NCBI GenBank assembly: GCA_963717525.1
Contig: OY970343.1
Coordinates: 256,001-320,000 of the forward strand
Reading direction: 5' to 3'
Length of the DNA stretch: 64,000 bases
Source: an uncultured Methanoregulaceae archaeon
GTDB taxonomy: Archaea; Halobacteriota; Methanomicrobia; Methanomicrobiales; Methanospirillaceae
The notes below the pieces were generated by a model. It saw nothing but the letters and a program-made list of their open reading frames with translations. It was not told the origin of the DNA and did no database searches. Positions within the stretch are counted from its first letter, which is position 1. Every line of letters begins with the position of its first letter. A program made the translations under genes and the position numbers. This document shows positions 10,511-21,170 of this stretch, one piece after another.

Positions 10511-11733
10511 ACGAACAGGTCGAAAAGATCCTCGCCTACGGAGACTGCTGCGATCACTGCCTGGGACGGTTCTTTGGCAAACGCTCGCACGGTCTTGGTG
10601 ACGATGAACGGGGCCGGGGCCTCAGGATAGCACGGGCGCTGGCCTCAAACCAGCCGTACGAACGCTTCTCCGGCATCTGCTGGGTCTGCGGGAATTTCTT
10701 TGACGCGGTACCGGAATGGGCACAAAAAGTGGTAGCCGCGATGGAGGGGTTCGAGTACTCGACCTTCCTTGTCGGCTGCCGGGTCCCCCCGCTTATCGCA
10801 GAGAACGAGGAGATGGTCTGGAGCGACCTCTCCCTTGGCGATCCCGAGCCGTTCAAGTCCGAGGTGAACCGCGAGGTGGGAAAGGCGGTATCGGCATTAA
10901 CGGGAAAGACCGTAGACTTCAAAAAACCAGATATCATCGCCCTGCTCGACCCGGCATCCGGCATGGTCGACATCCAGGTCAACTCCGTATTCTTCTACGG
11001 GAGGTACCAGAAGTTCGAGCGTGGTATCCCCCAGACCCACTGGAACTGCCGGGCCTGCAAGGGAGCAGGCTGCGAAAAGTGCAACTATACCGGCAAGCAG
11101 TACCTGGACTCGGTGGAAGAGCTGATCGGCAGGCCGGCTATTGAGGCATTCGACGCGGAAGATGCGGTGCTGCACGGCGCTGGCAGGGAGGATATCGATG
11201 CCCGCTGTGTAGGAACAGGCCGGCCGTTCATCCTTGAGATCGTTGCCCCGAAAAAGCGTTCAATCGACCTTGCCGCCCTCGAAGCAGAGATCAACAGGAG
11301 TGCAGATGGAAGGGTTGCGGTTGCCCTTTCGCACTGGAGCGACCGATCTGATGTGGAAACCCTTAAATCAAGTAAAGCGCATAAAAAATACAGGATCCTG
11401 GTCGAGGTTGAAGGGCAATTATCTGCGGGAGAACTCGCAAATGCCCTGAAAACCTTAAAGGGCGTCACAATACAGCAGCGCACGCCCGTACGGGTCGCCC
11501 ACCGGAGAGCTGATAAGATCCGGGAGCGTAAAGTCCTCGATATCGAGTTCGTAGGGGAACAGGATGGAAAGTTCATCCTTGAAGTCCTGGGCGAAGCCGG
11601 CCTCTACATCAAGGAACTCGTATCAGGCGATCAGGGAAGGACCATCCCGAGTCTTGCCGAGATCCTGCAGCGATCGGCGCACGTCACCAGCCTTGATGTC
11701 GTGCAGGTAGAAGGACCACAGGAGGGAGATTAA
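10501..11733 (+). CDS. pus10: tRNA pseudouridine(54/55) synthase Pus10
   Basis: CDHCLGR, GRYQK..RGIPQT, HGAGREDIDARC, GLYIKELVSGD.GRT.PSL. Confidence 0.95.
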   Translation: MEINEQVEKILAYGDCCDHCLGRFFGKRSHGLGDDERGRGLRIARALASNQPYERFSGICWVCGNFFDAVPEWAQKVVAAMEGFEYSTFLVGCRVPPLIAENEEMVWSDLSLGDPEPFKSEVNREVGKAVSALTGKTVDFKKPDIIALLDPASGMVDIQVNSVFFYGRYQKFERGIPQTHWNCRACKGAGCEKCNYTGKQYLDSVEELIGRPAIEAFDAEDAVLHGAGREDIDARCVGTGRPFILEIVAPKKRSIDLAALEAEINRSADGRVAVALSHWSDRSDVETLKSSKAHKKYRILVEVEGQLSAGELANALKTLKGVTIQQRTPVRVAHRRADKIRERKVLDIEFVGEQDGKFILEVLGEAGLYIKELVSGDQGRTIPSLAEILQRSAHVTSLDVVQVEGPQEGD

Positions 11734-11735
11734 CA

Positions 11736-12026
11736 ATGGCACACCACAATGGACCAAGAAAGAAAACACGGTATAAGTTCAAGAAAGAATTGAGACAGCG
11801 CGGGCTGCCGCCGGTCACCTCCGTCATCCAGCAGTTCGAGGTCGGCGAGAAGGTACATATCGTTGTGAACTCAAGCATCCAGAAAGGCATGCCGCACCGC
11901 CGGTTCCACGGGCTCACGGGCACCGTGATCGGAAAAAGGGGCCGGGCATGGATGCTCTCCATTCACGACGGCAATGCGGAAAAAACGGTCATTGCGCGAC
12001 CGCAACATCTAAAAGCGCAAAAGTAA
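11736..12026 (+). CDS. rpl21e: 50S ribosomal protein L21e
   Basis: GPRKKTR, KGMPHRRFHGLTG, RPQHL. Confidence 0.96.
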   Translation: MAHHNGPRKKTRYKFKKELRQRGLPPVTSVIQQFEVGEKVHIVVNSSIQKGMPHRRFHGLTGTVIGKRGRAWMLSIHDGNAEKTVIARPQHLKAQK

Positions 12027-12049
12027 ACTCAATTGTCTAGGTGATTGGC

Positions 12050-12401
12050 ATGAAAGTGAAGGGTATTATTAGCGAAGAGAAGGTTACGCTCCCTGAACTC
12101 CGCGCCGCTCTTATGGGCGTGGAATCAGAGAGAATTGCTGCCGAAAAGGAGTTGTCCTACGAGTTCAGGCGCAGCATGGATCATGCCAATCAGTCTTGCC
12201 AAGACCACGCCTGAAAAATCCAAAGAGCTGGTGGAGAAACTCCTCAAGCTCGAGAAGATGAAGCCGGAGATCGCCTACCGTATAGCAAATATCATGCCCA
12301 AGAGCCGGGACGAAGTTCGGGCGATCTTCGCAAAGGAGCGTTTCACGCTCGCTCCTGAAGAGATTGATTCCATCATCGACCTGGTCATGGCACACTTCTG
12401 A
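12050..12401 (+). CDS. rpo4: RNA polymerase subunit Rpo4 (F), frameshift near 12190
   Basis: MKVKGIISEEKVTLPE...LSYEFRRS then AKTTPEKSKELVEKL...IANIMPKSRDEVRAIFAKER. Confidence 0.88.
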
Positions 12402-12411
12402 GGTGTTTTGC

Positions 12412-12975
12412 ATGAAGGCCGAGAAAAAAGAGGTCAACGCGATCGTACTGGATGTGCTCATGAAAGGGCACGCCGAGGATCCCCGGCCCCAGTTCAAGCG
12501 GGAACCAGTTGTCCAGGCAATGGGGCTTGAACAGTTCAAGCTGCTTGAACTGATCCCCAAACCCGGCGTGGTCATCAATCTCCACGACAAGGTCTATATC
12601 GGGGACTCCGAGAGGGACAGGATCGAACGCGTGAAGCGCCGGATCAGCTACGAGGAGCTGACCCCGACCGCAAAGGGAGAACTGCCGTTCATGATCGAGC
12701 AGATCGTGACCGAGCGGGAACAGGATTTTGTCACGTTCTTTAACAAGGCGATCTCGATCACGCCCAAGCTCCACATGCTGCACCTGCTGCCCGGTATCGG
12801 GAAGAAACTGATGTGGGAGGTGCTGGAATCCCGGAACAAAAAGCCGTTCGAGAGTTTCGCGGATATATCCACACGGATCAAGTCGATCCCCCACCCGGAG
12901 AAGATGATCCAGGCCCGGATCCTTGAAGAACTGCAGGAAAAGGACGTCAAATACCACCTCTTCACCACGAAATGA
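12412..12975 (+). CDS. DUF655 putative RNA-binding protein
   Basis: FKLLEL, FFNKAISITPKLHMLHLLPGIGKK; conserved rpo4-DUF655-ksgA order. Confidence 0.9.
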   Translation: MKAEKKEVNAIVLDVLMKGHAEDPRPQFKREPVVQAMGLEQFKLLELIPKPGVVINLHDKVYIGDSERDRIERVKRRISYEELTPTAKGELPFMIEQIVTEREQDFVTFFNKAISITPKLHMLHLLPGIGKKLMWEVLESRNKKPFESFADISTRIKSIPHPEKMIQARILEELQEKDVKYHLFTTK

Positions 12976-13736
12976 AAGCCCGTCACGACCAGCACTTCCT
13001 TATCGACAAGAACGCAATACACCGGATCGCGGATCTTGAAGACGTGAAGGGAAAGACGGTACTTGAGGTTGGGCCGGGGAACGGGGCCCTGACCCGAGCC
13101 CTGCTCGACCGGGGTGCCCTTGTCCACGCGGTGGAGCTTGACGGTATCCTCTGCGAAGGACTGGCAGATCTTTTCTCTGAAGAGATCCAGAAAGGAACGC
13201 TCACGATCACGCATGGGGATGCGACCCGGTGCGACCTCCTGCCGTTTGAGATGGTAGTCTCCAACCTCCCCTACTCGGTCTCATCGAAGATCACCTTCCG
13301 GCTCCTCGATATCGGTTTCGCGGTGGCCGTGCTGATGTTTCAGGAAGAGTTTGCCCGGCGCATGGCAGCCCCGGCAGGCACGAAAGACTGCGGGCGGCTC
13401 TCGATCATGGTGCAGACCTATGCCGCCGTGCAGCAGTGTTTCACGCTGCCTCCCACCTGCTTCTCGCCCAAGCCCCAGGTGCACTCGATGGTGGTGAAGA
13501 TCTTCCCCCGCCCTCCGATCTTTGGGGTCAGTGACAAAAAGCGGTACGCGGACGTGGTGCGGGCGCTCTTTACCCACCGGAGAAAGACGGTGCGAAACGG
13601 CCTCAGGGGATCATCGGGTATTCTTGATCCCGGATGGGCAAAGCGCGTTATTGACGCACTGCCGGGCGAAATTCTCCAGAGCCGGCCGGAAGAGCTGTAC
13701 CTCGAGGATTTTGCGACGATTGCGAATTTTACGTAA
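12972..13736 (+). CDS. rsmA: 16S rRNA adenine dimethyltransferase
   Basis: DQHFLID, VLEVGPGNGALT, VSNLPYSVSS and F.PKPQV.S motifs. Confidence 0.95.
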   Translation: MKARHDQHFLIDKNAIHRIADLEDVKGKTVLEVGPGNGALTRALLDRGALVHAVELDGILCEGLADLFSEEIQKGTLTITHGDATRCDLLPFEMVVSNLPYSVSSKITFRLLDIGFAVAVLMFQEEFARRMAAPAGTKDCGRLSIMVQTYAAVQQCFTLPPTCFSPKPQVHSMVVKIFPRPPIFGVSDKKRYADVVRALFTHRRKTVRNGLRGSSGILDPGWAKRVIDALPGEILQSRPEELYLEDFATIANFT

Positions 13737-14144
13737 ATCTTTGTAAGCGCTGTCTTTTTGGGGGTCTGTCCTCCCAAATGCACACCATTATACCTCTTTT
13801 TGGTGATCCCCCCCGGTTTGCCCGTGGTATCCTGATCACTCCTGCGATGAAAAGGGGGAATGGGTACACGGCAACCGATGTGCGTCTGACGGATATTATC
13901 AGTTTTTACAGGGTGTTGTGTGCGGTATTTCGCTATGGATCTCCACCTCATCGCGGGCAGGGGTTCCCTCTATAAATTGCCGGCAGGTTTATAGAATGCA
14001 GCATAAAGAAAAATCGGGATTACTAGGTTATCATGACTTAAAAACCGGATCCGGGGTCATATCCGGGGATAATTTTTCTTAAACCGGGCAATTTTTGCCG
14101 TCGCCTCGATCATTGATGGCGTGTTGTGATTACCAAGCGGGGGA

Positions 14145-14414
14145 TCAGGGCTCTTTCCTGCTCCCGCCAAGGATCTTTCTTGTTGTTGAGATGATCCACC
14201 GCCGGTTCAGGAACAGGTGGAAGAAGACGAAAAGCCCAAGGAGAATACCGGACCAGTCATGGAGGTTAGAGATCAATGCCTCGGGAAGGATCACGGTATC
14301 CAACCCGGTCAGCTGCAACAGTACGGTATATTTCAGAAGCCCGGTGATAAAACAGATCGCAAAGGTGATCCCCATGAGGAGATCTACCAGCCATTTTACT
14401 TTGACCCAGTCCAT
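14145..14414 (-). CDS. DUF4405-like small membrane protein
   Basis: Two or three TM segments with LHDWSG...FHLFLN His pair; start at MDWVK. Confidence 0.75.
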   Translation of the reverse strand: MDWVKVKWLVDLLMGITFAICFITGLLKYTVLLQLTGLDTVILPEALISNLHDWSGILLGLFVFFHLFLNRRWIISTTRKILGGSRKEP

Positions 14415-14511
14415 CTGATCTTCCCTTTCCCCTGTTCCCTCATATTGGTTTGTACAGGTACAACAGGCAGAGGCAATCCCTTTTTCCCCCCGCCGCCCTA
14501 CACTTCCTGTC

Positions 14512-15068
14512 ATGCCCTATGATCCTGCGCAGGTATACCAACCCGAGGCCGACACGTTTCTGCTCCTTGAGGTTGTACTGGCTGAAGTAAGGCCCGGGGA
14601 TCGGGTGCTGGAGATCGGCACCGGCTCCGGTCGGGTTGCCGCGGCACTCGTACAGGACTGTGATGTCGTGGTAACCGACATCAATCCTCATGCGACATTC
14701 TGCGCACGGGAGAAAGGACTGGATGCAGTGCGAACCAATCTCTTCTCCGGCCTTCGGGGCAGGTTTGATCTTATCCTCTTCAACCCCCCGTACCTCCCCA
14801 CACAGCCGGACGAGCGGATCGATGACTGGCTGGAATATGCGCTTGACGGCGGCGCGACCGGTCGGATTGTCATTGAGCGGTGTGCTGCATCTATCGGCGA
14901 TGTGCTTGCCCCGGGGGGAGGATCCTCCTTCTGGTCTCCTCGCTCACCGGGCTTTCAGAAGTGAGGGAGATATTTGCCGGCCGCGGTTTTCTGGCTGAGG
15001 TGGTACGGCAGCAGGTTGTGGAGGACGAGGAACTTTTCGTGCTCCGGATCACCAGGAGAGAAATCTAA
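14512..15068 (+). CDS. HemK2/PrmC-like methyltransferase (frameshift in a G-run near 14915)
   Basis: VYQPEADTFLL, LEIGTGSG, FNPPYLP, LDGG..G; tail RILLLVSSLTG in another frame. Confidence 0.88.
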
Positions 15069-15232
15069 CTTCTCAGCCAGAGGATGAGCACAACTACATT
15101 TATTGCTGGAATGAGGCCAATCATCGCGATCCCCGGCAGGAACCAGCTGCTGTCGAAGAGCAGGTACGCAGCCCAAAGCAGTCCTGTGCAGGAGAGCAGG
15201 AAGAAGAAAACGAACTGGCGCAGACTATACAT
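15065..15232 (-). CDS. Small 55-aa two-TM hypothetical protein
   Basis: Manual translation MYSLRQFVFFFLLSCTGLLWAAYLLFDSSWFLPGIAMIGLIPAINVVVLILWLRS. Confidence 0.5.
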   Translation of the reverse strand: MYSLRQFVFFFLLSCTGLLWAAYLLFDSSWFLPGIAMIGLIPAINVVVLILWLRS

Positions 15233-15539
15233 GGATTCCTTTACTGTATGCCGTGCCGGTTAGTAGCCTTTTTGTTTTTGCTATTTGATCAGGGGCATCA
15301 GCTCTCCCGCACCCCAGGCGATCAAAACTATGTAAGGAAAAACCGGCGGTATATCAAGCAGATTTTCCAACTATTTCCCGTGTGACCCGCCCCATTCGCG
15401 CAGGTAATCCCATGGACACAAAAACAACCGACGACATCCCCTGCCGCCTTCGCCGGGTCGCCCCTCTGGTAACAACAGTCCTGTTTCCGGACGCCCGGTG
15501 AACAAAACAGAGCCCCTGGAGTTTTAAGACGCCGGAAGG

Positions 15540-16325
15540 TTATACAATCAGCCGGCGGCGCATCAGGTTGATCGAGATGATGCAGAAGATGATCGTGGCG
15601 ATGATTATCCATGCGATATTCAGGGGGAGCAGCGCTCCGATGGATGGAAGAGTGGCCATCCGCATGAGCGCCACAAGGTGGGTGAGCGGGAAGATCGCGA
15701 GGGCGACATACTGGAGGATCGCCGGGAGAATGCTGAGGGGGAAGAAGGTGCCCGAGAAGAGCATCATCGGCGTGATGAGCAGGAACGACGGGTAGTTGAG
15801 CGTGTCGATGCTTGGGGTGATTGCGGTAAAGCACATCGCAAGGCCGGCAAACGTGAGCCCGCCGAGGAACGCGAGCGGGATGGCTAAAAGCGAGAAGGGG
15901 AGCGAGATGACCCCGAACACCGCAAGCACCGGGAGCATGATCGTAACCGAGATCACGCTCCGGGTGGCACCCCAGAGGAGCTCTCCCGCGATCACGTCTT
16001 CTATCGAGAGCGGTGTCGCGATGATCGCATCGAAACTCTTCTGGTAGTACATCCGCACGTAAGATCCGTAGGTGCACTCGAAGAAAGCGGAGTTCATGAC
16101 CGAGATTGCAAGGACGGCCGGGGCAATATAATCGATATACGGCACTCCGTTGATAGCACCGACATACGTCCCGATCCCAAGGCCGATGGCAGTCAGGTAC
16201 AGAAGCGCCTCAATAAACGGCGGGAAGAAGTTCACTTTCCAGGTTTTGAAAAAGACATCGAGGTTGCGCTGCCAGACCTTTCCGGCGCGACGGGTAATCC
16301 GAGGAAAAGACAAGATGGACGGCAT
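15540..16325 (-). CDS. ABC-2 type transporter permease (NodJ-like)
   Basis: Six TM segments; YIDYIAP, FDAIIATPL, FSGTFFP. Confidence 0.9.
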   Translation of the reverse strand: MPSILSFPRITRRAGKVWQRNLDVFFKTWKVNFFPPFIEALLYLTAIGLGIGTYVGAINGVPYIDYIAPAVLAISVMNSAFFECTYGSYVRMYYQKSFDAIIATPLSIEDVIAGELLWGATRSVISVTIMLPVLAVFGVISLPFSLLAIPLAFLGGLTFAGLAMCFTAITPSIDTLNYPSFLLITPMMLFSGTFFPLSILPAILQYVALAIFPLTHLVALMRMATLPSIGALLPLNIAWIIIATIIFCIISINLMRRRLIV

Positions 16326-16326
16326 C

Positions 16327-17235
16327 TTACTCCCTCAGGGTTCTTCCGGTCAGTTTCAGGAAGACATCCTCAAGCGTCGCCGGCCTGGTGCTCACCCTGC
16401 TTGTTTTACACCGGTCAAGCAGGGTCTTTGCAAGTTCCCGCGATGCATCCGTCGCTACCTGTACCTGGTTGCCGAGGCTTTCGTAAGGTACGCCCAGTTC
16501 CGCAAGGCAGGCCGTAACCTCGGGCGTGTTATCCATCTCGATGATCTCGTTTCCGACATGGTCCCGGACAAGATCGGCCGGATTTCCCTCGACAAGGAAC
16601 GTCCCGTGGTCCATGATCACCAGCCGGTCGCAGAGCCGAGCAGCCTCGTCGAGATAATGCGTGGTAAGGACAATGGTATTTCCCTGCGCCCGGAGAAGCC
16701 GGAGGCGGTCCCAGATCAGGTGACGTGCCTGCGGGTCGAGGCCGATGGTCGGCTCGTCGAGGATGAGCAGGTCCGGGTTGTTGATGAGCGCCCGGGCGAG
16801 GATGAGCCGGCGTTTCATGCCCCCGGAGAGCTTGTCGATGGCGGTGTTGCGTTTCTCGGTGAGCGCCACAAACACGAGCAGATTCTCCACCCGCCTTTCT
16901 GCCTCGGCCGTTGGAATATCGAAGTACCGGGCATAGGTGAGAAGGTTTCCTGCACACGTGAAGTCCGGGTCGAGGTTGGTCTCCTGCGGGACAACGCCGA
17001 TCCGCTGTTTGATCCCGGCAGGGTTTATATCCGGATCCATGCCGAATACCCGTAACGTTCCTGATGTGCGGGGGGAGACACATTCGATCATCCGCATGGT
17101 GGTGGTTTTTCCTGCCCCGTTTGGCCCGAGGAAACCGAAGATCTCCCCTTTTTTCACGGAAAACCGGATATGGCTGACTGCAACTATCTCGTTGAAGGTC
17201 TTGGTCAGGTCGTCGGCTTCGATGATACCCGGCAT
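16327..17235 (-). CDS. ABC transporter ATP-binding protein (NodI-like)
   Basis: GPNGAGKTT, LSGGMKRR, LILDEPT, TTHY. Confidence 0.95.
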   Translation of the reverse strand: MPGIIEADDLTKTFNEIVAVSHIRFSVKKGEIFGFLGPNGAGKTTTMRMIECVSPRTSGTLRVFGMDPDINPAGIKQRIGVVPQETNLDPDFTCAGNLLTYARYFDIPTAEAERRVENLLVFVALTEKRNTAIDKLSGGMKRRLILARALINNPDLLILDEPTIGLDPQARHLIWDRLRLLRAQGNTIVLTTHYLDEAARLCDRLVIMDHGTFLVEGNPADLVRDHVGNEIIEMDNTPEVTACLAELGVPYESLGNQVQVATDASRELAKTLLDRCKTSRVSTRPATLEDVFLKLTGRTLRE

Positions 17236-17329
17236 CCATTCTCCTCCGTATCCCTCAGTTCATCGCGTATCCATAAAATTCTCTTTGCTCCAGAAGCGAT
17301 CACGGGGTGTACTGCAGGCGCGGTAAATA

Positions 17330-17791
17330 TCAGAATGCCATTGATGGGGTTTCTTCGCTTTTCACGAGAACAATACCGGCGATAAGGACCGCGAGCAGTG
17401 CCACGGTGGCAAACATCTGGATCGCATCGGTGGTCGCCACATTATAAACAAGGATATGCCGCACCATGCCGGTGAGGCCGGCGATCAAAAGTGCCCGCAC
17501 CTCAACATGCTTGGTCCGGAAATAGACCGTGACCGTCTCGAAGAGCACGATGATGGTGATGGTGAGGAGCAGGGCGTAGATCACCCCAACAAGACCGTCT
17601 GCAAAATCGTGCGTGATGATCATGGTGCCAATCTGCTGGGCCGCATCGTAGACCGAGAAGACCGCGACGATCGTGAGCATGGCAGCGACGATGATGTACA
17701 TCGCCAGCGGGACCAGGGAGAAGAACCTGATGATATACTCAAGGCCGGGCTGGTGTGCCGGTACATTTGCAACGGGGGTATTTTCTGGCAT
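17330..17791 (-). CDS. PsiE-family membrane protein
   Basis: Four TM segments; LLTITIIVLFETV...LIAGLTGMVRHIL. Confidence 0.75.
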   Translation of the reverse strand: MPENTPVANVPAHQPGLEYIIRFFSLVPLAMYIIVAAMLTIVAVFSVYDAAQQIGTMIITHDFADGLVGVIYALLLTITIIVLFETVTVYFRTKHVEVRALLIAGLTGMVRHILVYNVATTDAIQMFATVALLAVLIAGIVLVKSEETPSMAF

Positions 17792-17871
17792 GGTATATAC
17801 ACCTGAACAGGTATAGTAGGTAGACTATACGGGATTAAAAAATAATAGGCCGGTGTAGTTCCTGCCCCTTA

Positions 17872-18345
17872 TTATCCCTTTTTCCGGATGCGGTCGATGG
17901 CCCGTGCTGCAGCCTCCCGGACTGTCTCAAAGGGATCTGCTGCTGCACCGGTGAGCGCACCGACTGCCCGGTGGTCGCCGAGCCTGCCCAGCACCTCTGC
18001 CGCCCCGGCCCGGATCCGGTCGTCCTTGTCGGCAAGACACCCGGTAAGGGGCAGGACCGCACGGCGGTCTTTCAGCCTCCCAAGCGCCACAATCGCCCCT
18101 GCCCGGACGCCGGGATCTTTGTCGGCCAGCGCCGCGATGAGTCCCGGTACGGCCCGGTCGTCGTCCAGCCTCCCGAGTGCCTGCGCCACTTCCCGGCGGA
18201 CAGCCGGGTGGGCGTCACCCAGAGCCAGAACAAGCGGCATGACCGCTGACGGGTTGCCGGATCGGCCGAGCCGGGCTGCGGCGTCGCGCCGAACCTTTAT
18301 GGTGGGTGAGCCCAATGCCGCAATCAGGGAGGTAAGTTCAGTCAT
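17872..18345 (-). CDS. HEAT/PBS lyase-like repeat protein
   Basis: Repeated L.D.D..VR..AA.ALGRL.D.RAV units. Confidence 0.9.
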   Translation of the reverse strand: MTELTSLIAALGSPTIKVRRDAAARLGRSGNPSAVMPLVLALGDAHPAVRREVAQALGRLDDDRAVPGLIAALADKDPGVRAGAIVALGRLKDRRAVLPLTGCLADKDDRIRAGAAEVLGRLGDHRAVGALTGAAADPFETVREAAARAIDRIRKKG

Positions 18346-18373
18346 GACAGGGACCGTTTCCGGTCTTTTCGGA

Positions 18374-18721
18374 TCAGCGATCGCATTCTCCGCCGGACTC
18401 GTATGCGGCGATCACTTTCTTTGCCATTTCCGGCGAGATCCTGTCATGGACGAGTTTTACAAGCGCTTCTGCGTCCTCGGTCTCGAGGCAACCGAGCCCC
18501 TCTTCACCGGTCAGGATCTTTTCCGTGATATACGCCAGTTCCTCATCGGAAAGCCGGCTGATCCGCCCGGTAAAATCCTCGGCACTTTCTGCAAAATGGT
18601 TGGAGACCGGCGGCAGGATCGCGTGGAACTGGTGCCCTGAGCCGCCGCAGGTGAGATCCCCGCATTCAGGAGCGAGTTTTTTTAAGATTGCAATGTCCTT
18701 TTCGCTGAGTTCGCGTGCCAT
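18374..18721 (-). CDS. Hypothetical protein
   Basis: 115-aa ORF with protein-like composition and upstream GGTG; co-oriented with the HEAT gene. Confidence 0.7.
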   Translation of the reverse strand: MARELSEKDIAILKKLAPECGDLTCGGSGHQFHAILPPVSNHFAESAEDFTGRISRLSDEELAYITEKILTGEEGLGCLETEDAEALVKLVHDRISPEMAKKVIAAYESGGECDR

Positions 18722-18814
18722 GGTTCACCATCCGTCGTGAAATGTATTTTTTGGAAGATCACGATGAGCCTTTTTCGCTCACCTGCCGGAAACATGTAAA
18801 AAAAAGACTGGTGA

Positions 18815-19213
18815 TCAGAAGTATTTATTGATCCAGTTTTTAATCCCTGCAATAATGCCTGTTCCGCTCCCGGACGAAGATTTCCTCTGGGGGGACCGGA
18901 TCGGCTGGGACTGGGGGCGGCTGGCCTGGACGGGAGGCGGGTGGGAAATCGTCCGCCGCTGGGCCGGTTCTGACCGTTCGGGGACGTCCCGGATCGTGCT
19001 GTGCGGTTCCTCTGCTTCGGGTTCAAACCCCCATGAGAAACCGACCTTGTATGCATTCTCGTTCTGGCGGATCCAGTTTGCGGCTGCCATATATCCCCGG
19101 TCTTCCGCCCGTTTTACCGTGTCCTGTGTGTCCAGTGTAAAATGGATCTCGCGTTCAAGAGCGACCAGCTCTTCATATACATTGCCTGGGACCTTGATCT
19201 TCTCCCTGCTCAT
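18815..19213 (-). CDS. Hypothetical protein
   Basis: 132-aa ORF with a globular N-terminus and a Pro/Ser-rich linker. Confidence 0.65.
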   Translation of the reverse strand: MSREKIKVPGNVYEELVALEREIHFTLDTQDTVKRAEDRGYMAAANWIRQNENAYKVGFSWGFEPEAEEPHSTIRDVPERSEPAQRRTISHPPPVQASRPQSQPIRSPQRKSSSGSGTGIIAGIKNWINKYF

Positions 19214-19419
19214 AGTACTTCACATAGGGATATGCAGGGATACGATATTTAATGCTTCCTCATAAAAATGCGCAGATACGCGTTTAATCCACAAACCGGG
19301 TAAAAAAAAGAGCGTTAAATGCCTTATGCCCGATCCCTGCAGAAGGTTTGATGTCCGCGCCCGCAGATGATTAGTTGTTCCGTGCAAGCCCGGTATCCGG
19401 GTTGCCCGCGGGGTGTCTC

Positions 19420-19608
19420 ATGGCAACAGTTGTTTTTGTGGATGATGATTTTCGGCGGATGCCCCGTGCGGATATGGCAAAACTCCAGAGGATTATTGCA
19501 TCCGGCAAATCCGGCGTGCACAAGGTGTCGTTCAAAGACCGGGAGATCAACGTGGAGATTAAAAAACAGGGCGACAAGGTCCTTGTCAGGATCTCCCATA
19601 TAATTTAA
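19420..19608 (+). CDS. Small hypothetical protein
   Basis: MATVVFVDDDFRRM...; GGGGTG upstream of the ATG. Confidence 0.55.
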   Translation: MATVVFVDDDFRRMPRADMAKLQRIIASGKSGVHKVSFKDREINVEIKKQGDKVLVRISHII

Positions 19609-19707
19609 ATACCCTTGGTGGATAGGCTCTTGTGTCATCACAATATTTATACGTATAGCGAATGTAAAATAAAAGTGACATAATGGAATGATGGGTGTAT
19701 AAAAATT

Positions 19708-20083
19708 ATGCCGGGGAGGAAAGTGCTTTATTTTACCGAGAAGGAAGAGGAGTTTACGAACCTCCTTATCACCGTAGGGCTTCCGAGAATCGTGGCAAAA
19801 GTGCTGGTGTTCCTTGCAAACACCCGTGAAGCGTCATCCCGTGATATCGAGCGGGGGGCCGATCTCCGCCAGCCGGAGGTGAGCCTCGCGATGCACTATC
19901 TCCAGGCACAGGGCTGGATAGAAAGCCGGGCAGGACAAGACAGAAGCGATCGGCAGGCCGCAGAACCTCTTTGCCCTCTCCCGGTCGATCTCCGAGATCA
20001 TCGGCCACATCCAGAAAGAAAAGGAGAGCGAGATCCGGAGAAAGATGGCCTTGGCGCAAAAGATCCGCAGTTACGTGGCCTAG
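19708..20083 (+). CDS. Winged-helix (ArsR/MarR-like) transcriptional regulator (frameshift near 19930)
   Basis: AKVLVFL...SSRDIERGADLRQPEVSLAM...GWI; continues as IGRPQNLFALSRS in another frame to TAG 20081-20083. Confidence 0.82.
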
Positions 20084-20413
20084 GTTTTTTTTAGGATATC
20101 CTGAATCTTTTTCTTCAAAGGCCGGCTTACCTGTCCCGGGTTACTGGCCGGATTCGTGCTCCGCAGAGTACAGCAGCGCTTTTACCAGAAAATAGGCGAG
20201 CACGGCGGCGATGCAGAGAAGGGCAAATGCAAGCAGGATCCGCTCATGCGGCGGAATCACCAGGGACAGGTATGCATGGTTTGCCAGCATCAAAGAGTCA
20301 TCTTCCTGACGGTTGTTTCTGTGATTTTTTACAGTTTCCATCCATAAAAACGTGTTGCTGGCAGCAGAAGATCCTGCTGCTAATTAAGAAAAAGGGGCTG
20401 AAAAATCCCGGCC

Positions 20414-20974
20414 TTACTTCCCGTGGTATTTCTTTCCGGCCGAGAACGCCTTCTCAATCTCTTTACCCACGCCGAAATAGGTGGCCTGTGCGTAAATGAG
20501 CGGGTTAATTTTTGCAATGTCTGGTTTTTTGTCGGTCAGGCAGGACGGATCGGCATGGATCTCCTCAATTTCCCCGACATACAGGATGTGGCTCCCGCAC
20601 TCCATGGACTTGAACAGCCGGCACTCGATGTTGACCGGGCATTCCTCCGCGAGGGGGGCGGTCCTGAGCCTGCCATAGAACGACTGGAATACCCCGGATT
20701 TGTCTGCCTGCGAACCGGAGACAAGGCCGCAGTGGTCGGTCTCGACTACCTGGCGTGCGGAGGGAATATTCAGGCTGAATGTCTTGTTCTCCTCGATCCC
20801 TTTTGCGGTGTACCTGACCTTGTTGATCGCAACACAGATCATCGGGGGCGACATGCAGGCGACCGTGGCCCATGCAGCGGTCATGTAGTTCGCTTTCCCC
20901 TTCACGTTTGCGCCCACGAGAACGGTGGGCATGACACTCATGTACGGCATCGGGCCGACGGTTACCTTCTCCAT
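20414..20974 (-). CDS. Flavin reductase-family protein (flavoredoxin-like)
   Basis: NYMTAAW, FSLNIP, CGLVSG, ECPVNIEC, GSHILYVGEI. Confidence 0.9.
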   Translation of the reverse strand: MEKVTVGPMPYMSVMPTVLVGANVKGKANYMTAAWATVACMSPPMICVAINKVRYTAKGIEENKTFSLNIPSARQVVETDHCGLVSGSQADKSGVFQSFYGRLRTAPLAEECPVNIECRLFKSMECGSHILYVGEIEEIHADPSCLTDKKPDIAKINPLIYAQATYFGVGKEIEKAFSAGKKYHGK

Positions 20975-21170
20975 CTCGTATTCACCGGTTTCCGGTTCGC
21001 AAGGGAGGGGTTTAAGGATATCCCTGCCAGCGGGGTCGTGACCACAGGCATGTCTTTCTGGCCGGGCCCTGCCGGAAAAAGGGCTCATGAGAAAAGATCT
21101 GTTCTTGTCCATTGTTCAGTTCTGGGGAATGCACTGATTTCGCCGGGGAGCAAAAAATGTCTTATCATTT

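Noticed and set aside
13740..14140. ORFs 13778-13975 and 14095-14418
   Set aside because: No motifs or convincing start context; the second is antisense to the DUF4405-like gene
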